DNA from: Pavona decussata
Lineage: Eukaryota
Assembly: GCA_977016875.1 (NCBI GenBank)
Contig: CDRNST010000034.1
Span: forward strand, 806,001-870,000
DNA: 64,000 nucleotides
Direction: 5' to 3'
Each line of letters starts with the position of its first letter. Positions within the stretch are counted from its first letter, which is position 1. A program made the position numbers and the translations under genes. Under the pieces are notes generated by a model. The model was not told the DNA's origin and searched no databases. It was given only the letters and a program-made list of their open reading frames with translations. This document shows, piece by piece, positions 25,852-38,149 of the stretch.

Positions 25852-27589
25852 TTGGTCGCCCATGCTCTTACCTTGGGCGCCCGTTAGGCAGCAGCCTTGT
25901 TCACTCTTTTAGCTAAAATGTTAAATCTATCCCAAATGGATCTAGCCAAAACACAAAATGACTGTGTTGTATTCGCGTTCAGGCTTACAGCAACAGCTTG
26001 CCATGCTTTCCCGCGTTCTAAACTCCCCAACTTCCAATGGAACATACCCTCCGCAGCTATGGTGGTAAGCATGATCACATCTTTTTGTTCCATATCATGA
26101 CAGATCTAAGATAGAAAAGGTTTAAATTATTTTATAATTATTATAAAAGATATTTTTAATTATTACATAAATTATTATGAGTTAGTTATAGCAAAGGTTC
26201 AAGATTGAAAGGCTCACATAAATCCCCAGGGCACACGATTTCATTGCTGTAAATTAAAATTGTAAATCTGTATTGATATTCTGTATAAAAAATTTCAGGT
26301 GTCTAAAATCTTATACAAACAAAATAGTTGTATTTTTACACCTGATTTAATGATAAATGAAAAAATGTATCAAGAAAACAGAACTCTGCCTCTTATGTGT
26401 ATAAAATATCGATAAACAACATTTATACTAAATATATATGACAACATAAGAACAATATAAGGTGATGGGCGGTTTAAGGAAAAGAAAGAAGTCAAATTAC
26501 AAACAAGGCAACCAATAGACCGCGACTCTGGCTCAGTGTGAACAATGTTCACCGAAAGCAAGTTGCTCAGAGCGACTGAATGACTATTATTCGTCTGACG
26601 CAAAGATGACATGTCAATTAAAAGGCTTGACCAAAAGGAGCTTAAAAAATAAATAAAAGCAAAATGACCTATCTTGCAGGCCAGCAAGAAAGCAAATGCG
26701 ATGCAAACCATTGGGTGCCCCCCAGCAGAGAGCTCAAAGGTTGCCCCTGAGCCGTGACGAGAGGCAACGGCTGACCTGCATTGAGCTGACTTTAACCTTG
26801 CCTAAATTACATTTAGCCACATTTAAACTTACAGAACTTGTCAAAAGTTAGTTACCACCCTTGCAATTGAGTAGCATGCATCAAGAATTGCATAGCGTGT
26901 GAAGAACTAAAAACTAAGTATTGTTGCGTAAAGTTCTTGTGTAATGTTGATGAACTTTTATAAGGTGCTAAACAACTAATGCAAGTGCGACGAGATCAAG
27001 TAACATTGATTTCCAGGGAAAACCTGCTGAAAACAGATAACTGTTTAATACAATGGCATTGTGTTTACCAGATGTAACAGAAGGTGGTTAGCTCCTGGTT
27101 TGGTGCAGGTGGTGTCTACACTTACTTTCAGGGAATTCCTTTGGCTAGCACATGTATTGGGCAAACTTTGTTGCAGAATATTTCCAGCTTTACTGACCAT
27201 GATTAACTATGATACAATTCATGGATCAAACCAAGAACACAACTTCATGTACATTCCATGTGCTTACTTTAATAATCATCCTGAATTGCCCATGTCCGTG
27301 ACAATATACATATAGTGTGGGTAGGGAGGGTAGGTTGGCAACATGTGTATACTACATTCCTCCCTTCTTTGAAATACATGTTGGTTTGAACAAAACCTCA
27401 TAATAACAAAATGAAATCTAAAAAAACTTAAAATGCATGCAGATGTCTTTGAAAATCCTTCTTTATAGCATGGATAATTAGATTTACTCAAAGAAAAGGT
27501 ATAGACAAAAATCTAACAAACAATAAACAATTCAGTCCAGACAAAGTCCAATACATGTCCTTTCCTGGGACCAGCCTAATACAGCCAGG

Positions 27590-28100
27590 AGCGTAATCTT
27601 TTTATCTGGATCGTAGTATTTTAACTCTGGAAGGACGTTAGGTGGAGGTAGAATCACTCTGTTCTAAAGTAGAATCTGCTGGTGTATACTCTGGCGAGTT
27701 GTCATTTTCTGATGATCTGTAGCTCGTGTCAGCAGGTTGATTTTGAGCTAGTTGTCAAGTTTCTGTCTCCAGTAGCATCTGATGACTTATCTGTGAGTAC
27801 AACATCCTCAAGCTCTAATACCGCTTAACGTGAGTTATGTTTTATTGTAAACCGTCACCTTCAACAAGAACATTGTTCCCATTCTACTGAACAACTGTAT
27901 AAGGAACTTGTTTGAATGGTGTTGACAACCTGTTGTCTCTCTTCTGCCTAGTAGCACTTTGGTACCTTGATGATGTCATTTTCACATGCATTCCTTTTGC
28001 AGTCTGCATACATCTTCTGTTTCTCCTTCCTCTCACTGTTGTGGTCTCTGACTTACTCTCTGGTGTTAAACCCCACGGGAAACTTATTCTTGGAACTGAA
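27590..28100 (-). mobile_element. Gypsy LTR-retrotransposon integrase C-terminal remnant
   Basis: QKRDNRLSTPFKQVPYTVVQ*NGNNVLVEGDG...NITHVKRY...RPSRVKIL...KDY. Confidence 0.7.
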
Positions 28101-28479
28101 TTTGCCGTAAATGTCTTGTTTTTAACATGTCTTGAATGACATTTTTGTCTCAAAAACTGCAAAGCAAAAGACAAAACAACTTACAACAACCCCTTCTCCC
28201 CCCCAAAAATAATTAATTCTAGACCTTAATTACAGGAAACAATTAATTTTGTAGTGAATTTTAGTAAGTTAAATGTTGAACAGATCAGAAAATTTTCATT
28301 ATTTACGCTGTACTTGACAATCGCTTTGCAATTAAAAGGCCTGAAACTTTATAATAATTATTATACAAGTGAAATCTAAAACAGAACTGTAAATTTTTAA
28401 TAAATATCTTCATGTACAATAGAATAAATGTCAAACAATGTCAAGTCCTGATTACTGAATATAAGAATAAGTTTAAGAA

Positions 28480-31400
28480 AGTCATCTAAACTATGTATGA
28501 TGCTAGGAATCCCTCATTCAGTGCATGCTACCCACTCCATTGCGGTACTGAAGGCCTCAAAGGTTTTACATGAGCTAGCACTTCCCATGGGGAGGCTGCA
28601 GTCGACATAGTATTTCCCTTTCCATTGCATTCCAAGTAACTGGTAGTCTAAAGGATGTATTGGGATGATGCAGAAAACACTCCGAACCAGGCTTTTAGCT
28701 AGGATTTTGAAAGTGGGAGTCCAAATTTTATGTGGGCCGAAGGCCCACATAGCATGGCGCCACAGGCACCATGCTCCTAGGGGGGTCTGGGGGCATGCTC
28801 CCCCACAAAATTTTGAAAAATTGAAGCCTCTTAGACGTGATTTCCGCGATTCTGACAACTGTAAACGTCTTTCAATTTACCTATTAAACCGCTGTTTTTC
28901 CTTGATAATTTTACTAAGCTATCGTTTCCTCAACTTACCTTGTTTAACATTGAATTATATTTGGGACAGGAACTCCAGTTGTTATTAAGAGTGATTGAAA
29001 TTTGAAGTTGTCAAGTCATGATTTACACGAAAGAACAGATATGCGTGGCTTTGTTGGTCGAACTGCATTCTGGTCTAGTCTCCCAATCTCAGAAATGCAA
29101 TATCTTTTATTATTTTCAGTAAAGAACTTTAATTTATGTGTTGTGTAGTCATTATTTACATTCAGACAATTGGTGGTGCAAAGCCAAAGACCTTTTCGAA
29201 GAAAACAAATCTACTCAATTACAACTGTAAGTCAGTTTAATAAACCAGTGTAAGGCCTAAACTGTCGAACTGCTTATGGGCCTAAATTTTGCGTTATTTG
29301 GATTTTATATTCTTCGCGGTTGGCAGTCGAAAAATACTCTAGCTGCCTCGTCGTCGATGTCTTCAATTGGAATCCCAGCGTAGACAAGACTCGTATCCTC
29401 ATAAATAATCACCAACGTGCGTATTTATTTATAGCAGCCGGCAAAGTAGCCTGGGGACGACTTGGTAAGCCAATATCACTGAATAGCGGCTTTGCCTGTG
29501 AAATCCCTTCGCTCAACTTTGATTCATTTGATCAAAACAGAAAGGAAACTCGCTAAAAAAGTGTTAATATAGAAGAAAAATACGACAGCAACACTAAAAC
29601 AACTCTTGAGAGCAAAAAGGAATGTAATTTTTTTAAATTTATAGACAATGTTTTGTTACATTAAGCACAGAAGTTCATAAATGGCCGCCCAAAACAGGCC
29701 GACGAAAATCTTCCATTTCTGAGAAGTGGCCGTCCTTTGGACGGCTGGACGGCCGCCTGGCTAAAAGCCTGCTCCGAACACCTACCTTAGATAAGGTACA
29801 GCCTTCGCCTAACAGTTTGATAATCCTAATTGTGTCATCGAACCTGGCATATTGTACTGAGCGAAACTCTGGTGGTATAAAGTCATTAACTGAATCTCTG
29901 AAGGGTAGGTCCCAGGGTGCCCCTTGTATCTGCCTAATGCTAGGAAAGTTCTTGTCATAGAACTTCCAATTTGCTCCCTGGGAGGCCAATTCCCGAATCA
30001 CTGACCCATACTTAATGAGGGCCGAGGTATCATGAGGGGCTTTCTCTGAATAAATGGCAACAAAAACCTGTAAGGCTGAGACCCACTGCTCTATGGATTG
30101 AACTGTCTGCCACTTGGGATTAGATGCTGGAATTAATGCTGGTTTGCCTCCTTCACCTTGGTCTACCCTCAAAGTGTAATGGTCATTTGATTGAGTGAGG
30201 CTTCTATTTAACAGCAGTGCAAAGTCTACACACTCATTAACCCATATTTGTTTTTTAACCTTATTGGGCACTCAATGAGTTAGTGAAACAGCAGAACACA
30301 AAAAAGTGTAAATACTTTGTGGTGAGGCTACCACACAGGGCAGCAAGGAACTGGTTGTTATACTGTTGTGTTTATAGTGTTTTGCATGGTTTGGTCTGTG
30401 TTGCTAGGAGGGGATTGTTTCTGCCAGGTCTGAACCTCCATTTACTGCTGAACCAGACCCTTGAGGAGGATCGGGAATGAACTGCAGCTCAGGGACTGCT
30501 GCTATTGCAGATGGGGGACTTGGGTGACATTCTGCGAGGCACAAGAGACTACTGTTGTGATTGTAATCGAAAGGGTTGCCAAAATGTCTTTGGAAATGGC
30601 AAGCTGTGTTGGCACTGGTACAGCATGGGTGGGATCCTGTAACCCGGACTGGACCGGTTGAAGGAATGATGGGTGTGGGTGCACTGCTTCTGAAGCGGTA
30701 GTACTATGGCCAAGTACTCAACGTCTCTTAGCAACTCTCTCCGAGTCGCTGTGTCCTCGAAGGTGGCATTCTGGCAACTAAAATAACTTTGGGATATCAA
30801 TATGTGTAAACTATAAAAACTCAAGTGTAAAGCTCTACTAAGAGCTTGCAAGGACAGTCGCAAACTGTGAATGCATGAGAAAAGGAAAACAGCCACATAT
30901 TGGTACCCTAAGTTGAACCATAATATAACAAGGGGGGATGTCAGATTCATAAACATAAACACTCTGACAGACATGACATTACTATAACACCACAAGGGAG
31001 GCATACATAATAATGCAAGAGCATTACAGTACATGAATGACCCAGAGCAATGGTGCTTCTGCCCAATAAGTATCATGACCGATGCTGACTAAAGACAGAA
31101 CCGTATGTCCCTCAAAAACAAATGGGTGGTGACAATCTGGCCACCCAAAAAATAAACGCTGGGGCTATAGAAATTATTGCCTTACGGCCCAAAACAATGG
31201 CTGCAACAGTTCACATGGTGCCAAGTACTACTGACTAAAGTGACATTTCTCATAAATCTATGTATCATGCATTTAAAGATGAATCTAAACTCTGCTACAC
31301 TTGGGACAATGCCCACAAAATGGCTCGCCTATAAAGGGCCTGGTGACCCATACTGTTTAAATGGATGCCATTGTGTGCGTACACGGCATTATTCGTTGGC

Positions 31401-31900
31401 TGAATCAAACCTCAATGCTGCCAACACTTAGTTGCCGCATAATGATTCCCTCAGGTGACCATTCAGATGAGCCGCCTTTTGGTTATATCTGCTGAAAGGC
31501 TCATTCTACCCTGCAATGACTTCACATACACCTATAAACAGCAAATTCAAGTCTGTGAGTAAGATCTCTGTTAGGGCGGCTGTGGAAAGTGTGAATGACT
31601 CGGGGTTGCTATCCTTATTGCATAAATCATTATATCCCAGCTTGAGGATAACAATGTGAGGGTCAGTGCTGCGATTTTTGTCGACTTGATTGTCAACTGT
31701 CTCCCCCTCCCCCCCTGATCCCGTGAAACACTACAGAACAGACCTTAGACAATTCTAAGTGAAGGTCATATGTTCCTTCAGAGTGAATTTGGACCGCAAA
31801 TTCCTGTAATCTACAATCAAAAGAATGACCTAGCCAAAGCCCACGTGGTTTCTCGATGCAGTCGCCATGTGACTCGGTCAATAAGACTTTGATGGTGATA
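28480..31900 (-). mobile_element. Decayed DIRS/Ngaro-type tyrosine-recombinase retrotransposon (SGNH-like ORF, gag, RT pieces)
   Basis: gag KKQIWVNECVDFALLL...IEQWVSALQVFVAIY...ANWKFYDKNF; RT SVNDFIPPEFRSVQYARFDD...LSKVGVRS|VFCIIPIHPLDYQLLGMQWKGKYYVDCSLPMG...HSLDDFL; SGNH-like LGHSF, LKLGYNDLC and NGIHLN at 31330-31900. Confidence 0.82.
28688..29771. mobile_element. Non-autonomous hAT element inserted in the DIRS RT
   Basis: TIR CAGGCTTTTAGC(T/C)AGG; 8-bp TSD CTCCGAAC at 28680-87 and 29772-79. Confidence 0.9.
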
Positions 31901-33189
31901 AAACAAATAAACACAGCCTACTTAACTAGTTCTTCACCAGATGAAACGTCCGATTCTCTTCTCCCTCCGTCTGAAAAGTGAACACGCTTGGAAATTTTTG
32001 CTCGAAATTGGGCCAACTTTCAATATGGCCTCGCAGAACCTGGGGTGAAGTATAACTAAATCCAAGTTGGCGGATCGATGTGAACCCAACAAAGAAGAAA
32101 TAATATTCTCAATAAAAGAGGCGCTCAAAGATAAGAAGTCAGTATTTGAGCGAAGAATTTCGAATGCCCATAAATTGAGGGATCTGAATATCACATTCAA
32201 GCGACTAAACAAGATTGCTGAGTTAGTTGTGAAAGGCATTCGTGAGCAACCTAAACATAAACTTGGTAAACTATATCCAATGCTAGAGTGTTGTATGATT
32301 CCAGCGAAATCTGCCTTTTGATCGCTGGCTATCTCCAAGGATGAGTAAATTGCACCTGTGGATGGTCATCTTCGATCTCCCTATGCCACAAGAGGTTTTT
32401 AACTTTTAACACAAAGAGGTTCTTGGCCGCACAAGGTATGGTGTGGAGGTAGAAGAAAAACCAGGTTCTGTCACCATTACTTTTTCCAGTCTGAAAAGAC
32501 TATGTCATTTATTTGACCAGTGTGAAGATTGTGGTGAATTCATCCAGCAGCTTGGCGAAGGAAAGGGGGAAACCAAGCTCATTGTCAGTGCAGAAAAAAA
32601 AAATTATGATCTACAAAGAAAAATCAAAGTGCTTACAAGCATAATTCCACTACGGCTATTGGAATTCTTCTGGCATTAGCCAACACTAAATACAGAAAGT
32701 CAGTGGTTTATTTCTACATTTGAAATTGCTTAATTGTTGTTAGTTAATGATTGGAGAGAGAGAGGCTTCATTGATGTATGCAGTGAGTCTAAAATGGTCA
32801 AAACATAGACAGCTGATAATGTAAGGAAAATATAACATGTCATCTTAATTGACATGCATGCAGTTTGAAATAGTTAAACAACAACAAAAAAAATTCAGGC
32901 CCGGCCATTCTTTTTTTTTTTTTATTTATTTAATTTTTTTTTTTACGTTTACTACGTGCAAAAACGTTTTATTAATTAGTTGAGTATGTACACAGTATGT
33001 TCTGTACTAGACTGTGACACCCGGGAGGAACTCAGTTCAAGCTTGATAGCGGATGGCATTGTGTCCTCTGCAGCCTCTTGTTTCAGTTCTTGAACAGATT
33101 CGGCATGTTGTGGTGCATCACCTTCTATAGCAACAACCTCTGGCAACTGAGCTGTTGGTGTGGGTGAGGAAGCAACAGTTGAGAGCAGG

Positions 33190-34110
33190 AAGCTTCTTTA
33201 GCTTTCTTCAATTTTTTCCTTTAACCACTGCCACAACTTCCTGGATAAGTGCAGGTAGCTCCTTTGATTCCTGCTTTGGACCATTGATGGAGATCTGGAG
33301 CAATAGATTGTGGAGGTCTCTCTTTATTCGTGCCCGCAACCTACTTTTCTGCCATTTCAGGACACTGGCAGCCCTCTTAGGCCAAGCATTACTCACAGGG
33401 CAACTGAAACAGACTTCAGCTCTAAACGACAGCATTGGATAGTGTGACCGATAGGTTGGCTGTAACAGTCTAGAGATGCACCAGTCCGTAGCTGTAATGA
33501 ATCCAGCTCCCTCATGGATGGTTTGGGGCAGTTCGTTCTCCTTTCACTGAAGCAGGTCATACTTACCCTTTTGCCATTCAGCAAGGATCTGTTGGCGGTC
33601 GTCTGTATGCTGAGACCCTGGATAGTAATGGTCCCCCAGCTTTGCAATCATGTTCTTGCCATATTCACAAATAATAGATATAACAAGGAGATAAGACACA
33701 ATAACTATGAACGTGGTCCTCTGGTAAACATTATTGAGAATGTTGTTTAATTTTTGATTTAGGAAAAACTTGTAAAAAAATCCACATTAAAAATAATCTA
33801 ACGCTTTAGAAACCCACAAAATCACTGTCTCATTCATGTGCAAGATTTATGGTATTTTAGTTTATGATAGTGACAGTGTTATTAAAAATAATGATAAGCA
33901 GTCAATACCTGAAACCATCATCAGTTTTAGCAGGAACGGAGAGCACATAAAAAATCCTGAAGGAATCAAGTGCATTGGACGACTCCTTAACGTGCTCATC
34001 AATGTTCTTTTGAGCTGTGTTTCATGGAATGATGTGGGCAGAGATTGGTCTGCATCAGTGTCCCTGCCTCTTAGGTCTGCTAGAACCAACTGCAGGCGTC
34101 TTTCAGGCTG
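33190..34110 (-). pseudogene. hAT transposase C-terminal remnant (spliced)
   Basis: AEWQKGKYDLL...YPMLSFRAEVCFSCPVSNAWPKRAASVLKWQKSRLRARIK...LLQISINGP (dimerisation region). Confidence 0.75.
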
Positions 34111-34254
34111 CAAGTCCTGCAATCAATATTAAGATGAACACTATATATGTTAATTAAAAAGCTAACAGATTTTATGTTTTATTTGCTTTTTTACATGTTG
34201 TTTTTGTGTTTACCTGTTTTAACGATTTCTTTTCGTTCAAGAAGAAAGAAAACG

Positions 34255-34600
34255 GTGACGCTATATCATGTCCAAAGCTTAAAAGCCTCTGCTAACTTCT
34301 CTAAATTCCATTGTTCCCATGATAGGTATCTGCGCACCAAATTATTTGTTGTTGCGGGAAGCTTATTGAAAGTCATGGAAACATAACCATTGACTTGCTC
34401 AAGTTTTCCTGCTGGGGTTGTACACAGAACGTTAGGTTGTTGATAAACTCCTGAATGTGGTGCATGTTTGGAATAGTTGGCAGCTCAAATATTTGACGTG
34501 TATTTGCCTTAATAAGTCTTGATTCCTTTCGTTGTTTATCCATTTCTATGGTCTCTCGCTTTAAAATTGCAGACCTTCTACACACTCTTTTTGTACTCTG
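34255..34600 (-). mobile_element. BEL/Pao gag remnant
   Basis: IFELPTIPNMHHIQEFINNLTFCVQ / GKLEQVNGYVSMTFNKLP...LVR...WEQWNLEKLAEAFKLWT. Confidence 0.65.
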
Positions 34601-34949
34601 AGGTCAAGGTAGGACTTAAAATAGGCGAATTTCCTTAACATTTGTCATTGTGGCAAACTGATTCCAACTTTTGTTGGTTTGCATAGCTTACAGAATATAC
34701 TACTTGAATTTCGTCTGGTCCATTCTCCTAACTATTGTTGCATTAATATCCTTTGCCACTTTTTCACTTAAGTGTAAGCAAGAATGTTTAGATGCGGGGA
34801 AGCTGTTTGTGCTGAAACCACTGGTGAGGTTTCTTTTCAGGCATTGGTGAGGTGAAGACTTTTTACTGTTACACGGGAGTCTTACATGGCGTCTGGAAAT
34901 TGGAGTATGTCAAAGATTGTGATGGCTTCCCTGCCAGAGCTTATCACTA

Positions 34950-35200
34950 CAGATTTTATAAGCCATGCTCGTGAAAAGGTGCCCATAATTCAAAAGAGAT
35001 TTCTTTAAAATGCCATCAATCCACAAACAACCATTGCAGGTTGTGACACCACAAACCTAACTGTCCTTCATCATTTGCTTTGCCTCTTCACACATCTCAC
35101 CCAGGATGTTTTTAATGTGAGGGAAAGCGATATCAGAAATTTCCAGATAGGTCTTAAGACATCATTTGGCATCTTGACTCAGATGCTAGGTGTCTTCTTC
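34950..35200 (-). pseudogene. Kolobok/Mutator-like transposase remnant
   Basis: IAFPHIKNILGEMCEEAKQMMKD...VTTCNGC resembles the region around the first catalytic D. Confidence 0.45.
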
Positions 35201-35478
35201 AATAGTTGACTTCCTCTCTCCAACATCCATTACATCAAAACAGGAGCTGTATTCCACCCCAATTCTTTTTTTCGTTTGTGGCAACAAGTCGAGTTTGCCT
35301 AAAAAAGAAATACATATAAACTGTGACAAGGTAAATAATGGAAACAAAATTGTTTAAGGGGTCAAAGTTATTACAAAACTTAAGTGTTTTCAGCAGAATT
35401 TCAAGGTTTTGATGACTTATTCATTCTCAAAATCAAGTGAAGAAATACGTATATGAACCAAATTGAAGGGAAAAATAA

Positions 35479-36233
35479 TGGCATCACCTATCCATGTGAT
35501 TACATCACTTAATTTGGAACTTTCGAGTATGTGTTTCTCTCATGGAATTGTCTTTGATTTCAATCTGGAATGTAACTATTATTTGTCAGACATCAGTAAT
35601 AATAAATATTGGGGATATTTATTCAATGGTTTTGAAAAAAGTAAGATAATCACCGTTATGTACCTTCATAATTGTGAATACCTTTCCAATATATTGTCAG
35701 CCATGTAATACCTTTAACAACAGATTTTCTATACTGTCTTCTTGACCAGGAAATTTTTGATCGACTAAGCTATTAATTGCTCCATGCTCTTTATAGTTGT
35801 GCCTCAGTGTGGCATGAATATCCACTTGCCATACTTGTGGTTACTCTTACTCTTTATTTTTGGCATCACCTATCCATATGACTACATCTCTAAATGTGGA
35901 ACTTTTGAATATGTGTTTCTCTCGTGGAATTGTCTTTGATTTCAAGCGGGAATGTGGCTGTTATTTGTCAGACACCACTAGTAATAAATATTGGGGATAG
36001 TTATTCAGTGGTTTTGGAAAAAGTAAGATAATCACCGTTATGTACTATAATAATTGTGAATACCTTTCCAATATATTGTCAGCCATGTAATACCTTTAAC
36101 AATACTGTCTTCTTGACCAGGAAATTTTTGATCGGCTAAGCTATTAATTGCTCCATGCTCTTTAATGTTGTGCCTCAGCGTGACATGAATATCCACTTGC
36201 CATACTTGTGGTTACTCTTACTCTTTATTTTTG
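35479..36233. repeat. Tandem duplication of a ~380-bp unit
   Basis: Units start TGGCATCACCTATCCAT at 35479 and 35861; high identity apart from one ~10-bp indel. Confidence 0.9.
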
Positions 36234-37499
36234 AAAGTTATTTCCATCTAGTCTTAAAACCTGTTTTTAGTGAATACTGAGGGAAACCCCTCCACTGTCT
36301 AAATGTAAGGTGTTCATGGACTGGAAACGAGAAGTTCCTATCAGGTGACACTGAACGAGCTGTCTTTTGTGAAACTGTTTTCTGGAGGTTCATTAAGCAG
36401 AAAGTGATTTTTGTCAGACCATTAGCATTTTTTAGTAGTTACAATAACCAACTTTCTTGACAGTGTTCTTGCATCTTGGTAACAGTATGGAGTACTTTTG
36501 TTGTACAATGGTATCCTTAGCCCTATTGTCTCTTGACACCAGACCCTTAGCAACCCCATCTCCTCTGCACACATTTCTTCTTACATCTTGTGTTGCTAGG
36601 GAAATGCCATGAATCAAGCACCATATGATAAACTCTGATGTTCTTTATCGCAGTCTGAAGGGTTTAACTGCATTGAATGGTCGGGTTATTTAGCTTTTTT
36701 CAAAGTAACTACATCAACTTTGCTATACCCTTTGAAATAACGTCTAACAATTGAAATAAAATCACCAGTTTACACCTGCTAAAAATTATACAACTTCCAT
36801 TCATTTTATCCTTGAAACACCCTCCCTTCCAAGAGAAAAATTTCTGGGTATACATGTTGATAGGGCACATTTTTACAAACTCTTCACTTCACTTTGAGTA
36901 AAAACAAAATTTTATCATCAGGTTATACTGATTATCCTTACCTTAACTGTTTTTTTTTTTTTTTGATCGATTACATGCCAAGAAATGTCTGGAAACAGGA
37001 GGATTCTTGGAGAACTTGATATACTTCTCCGGCTTCATTTTTTTACTGTAGAAAAAGAAAAAAAATAAAGAAAAGTTTTTCATAGCGCACAACTCAAAAA
37101 AATTGTCCGTGGTGCTTTACAGTAGATAAACAAATTAATCTTCAGGATGCAGTACATACCTTTTCCGTAATGTACGGCTCAAGATTGGTGTGCATGCTTC
37201 TTCCTGTCGCATTGCTAAAAACATTTGCTTGCAAAAGATAAACAATGAATGGTGCATCTCGTCTAAACAGCAGCGTTGCCACATCTTCTGGGTCCATACA
37301 GGCTTCAGGGATTGTCATGAAAGGGGGTAAAGAAGACAATGGGGAAGCTTGTTGGGAAGGAGATTTACAATGAAGATATGATATATGCATTGAACCATTT
37401 ATGTTTTCTGTCCTTTGATTTTTCGACAATTTTCTTTTCTTTGATACACTGTTTCCTTTTAGGCCCATGAGATTCCTTTCAAAGGTCTTCTTCTTTTCC

Positions 37500-38113
37500 T
37501 TGAGGGTTTCTATTTCCTGTGAGACCTGTAACTGGTTTAAACTTGCCGAAAAATGGTCTTGCCAACTGCAAGTTTTGGTGTTTGTATGCGATGGGCATGA
37601 GCAGCCTGCTCTTTCATCTCAACCTTTCTGAGGTGATGGAAACTGGCTGCTTTATGGTGCTGTTCTTTAGGGAGGTTGGTGGGATTGTCCACTGTTGGTA
37701 TTTCATTTGAAAGTGGCCTGTTGAATAATAGTTCTTCTGGAGAAACGCTTGTTGTTGAGTGAGGAGTAGAATGGTAATCAAGGAGGAATGGATAGAGAGC
37801 ATGTGCCAGTTATGCCCTTCAATTCTTGCTGTGCAAACCGCTTTGGTCAAAGTTTACATGAATCATTCTGCCAAACTGTTTTCTTGAGGCCAAAGCAGCG
37901 ATAATTTGTGATGGGTGTCGTCTTTGAGCTTCATGTATCCTGCGAATTCTTGTCTTTGAAATGGGGGTCCATTGCCCGAGGTTGTCTTCTCAGGCAGACC
38001 ATGTGTGGTAATTATGCGTTCTTGTGCTAGGGTAACCGCTTGTATGCATTTGTGCTTTGTATGATTCTTACCTCTAGAAATCTGGAGTAGTCGTCTATCA
38101 CAATGAAGAGTGT
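37500..38113 (-). mobile_element. Gypsy integrase remnant
   Basis: VIDDYSRFLEV...THGLPEK..SGNGPPFQ..EFAGY...WPQENSLAE*FM...FLLDYHSTPHSTTSVSPEELLFNR. Confidence 0.85.
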
Positions 38114-38149
38114 TTTAATGGAACACAGAAATAATGTTCATTCAAGTCA

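Larger units (their letters stand above)
18811..25899 (-). mobile_element. Full-length hAT DNA transposon with 5-bp TSD (hAT5-like), 7089 bp
   Basis: Perfect 16-bp TIR CAAGGCTGCTGCCTAA at 18811-26 and 25884-99; TSD TTCAC at 18806-10 and 25900-04; subterminal GGAGCCC/GGCGCCC repeats. Confidence 0.93.
18480..26107 (-). pseudogene. Harbinger Myb/SANT-like accessory gene, split by the hAT insertion
   Basis: 25900-26107 gives GSLERGKAWQAVAVSLN...ARSIWDRFNILAKRV; it continues in frame past the insertion (<=18810) as KSKF*KELKESGGGDEKQSELERLVEEL...; convergent with the Harbinger transposase. Confidence 0.8.

Noticed and set aside
26640-26720. Tyrosine recombinase remnant (FAFLLACKIG)
   Set aside because: A single weak motif with no other catalytic residues recognisable.
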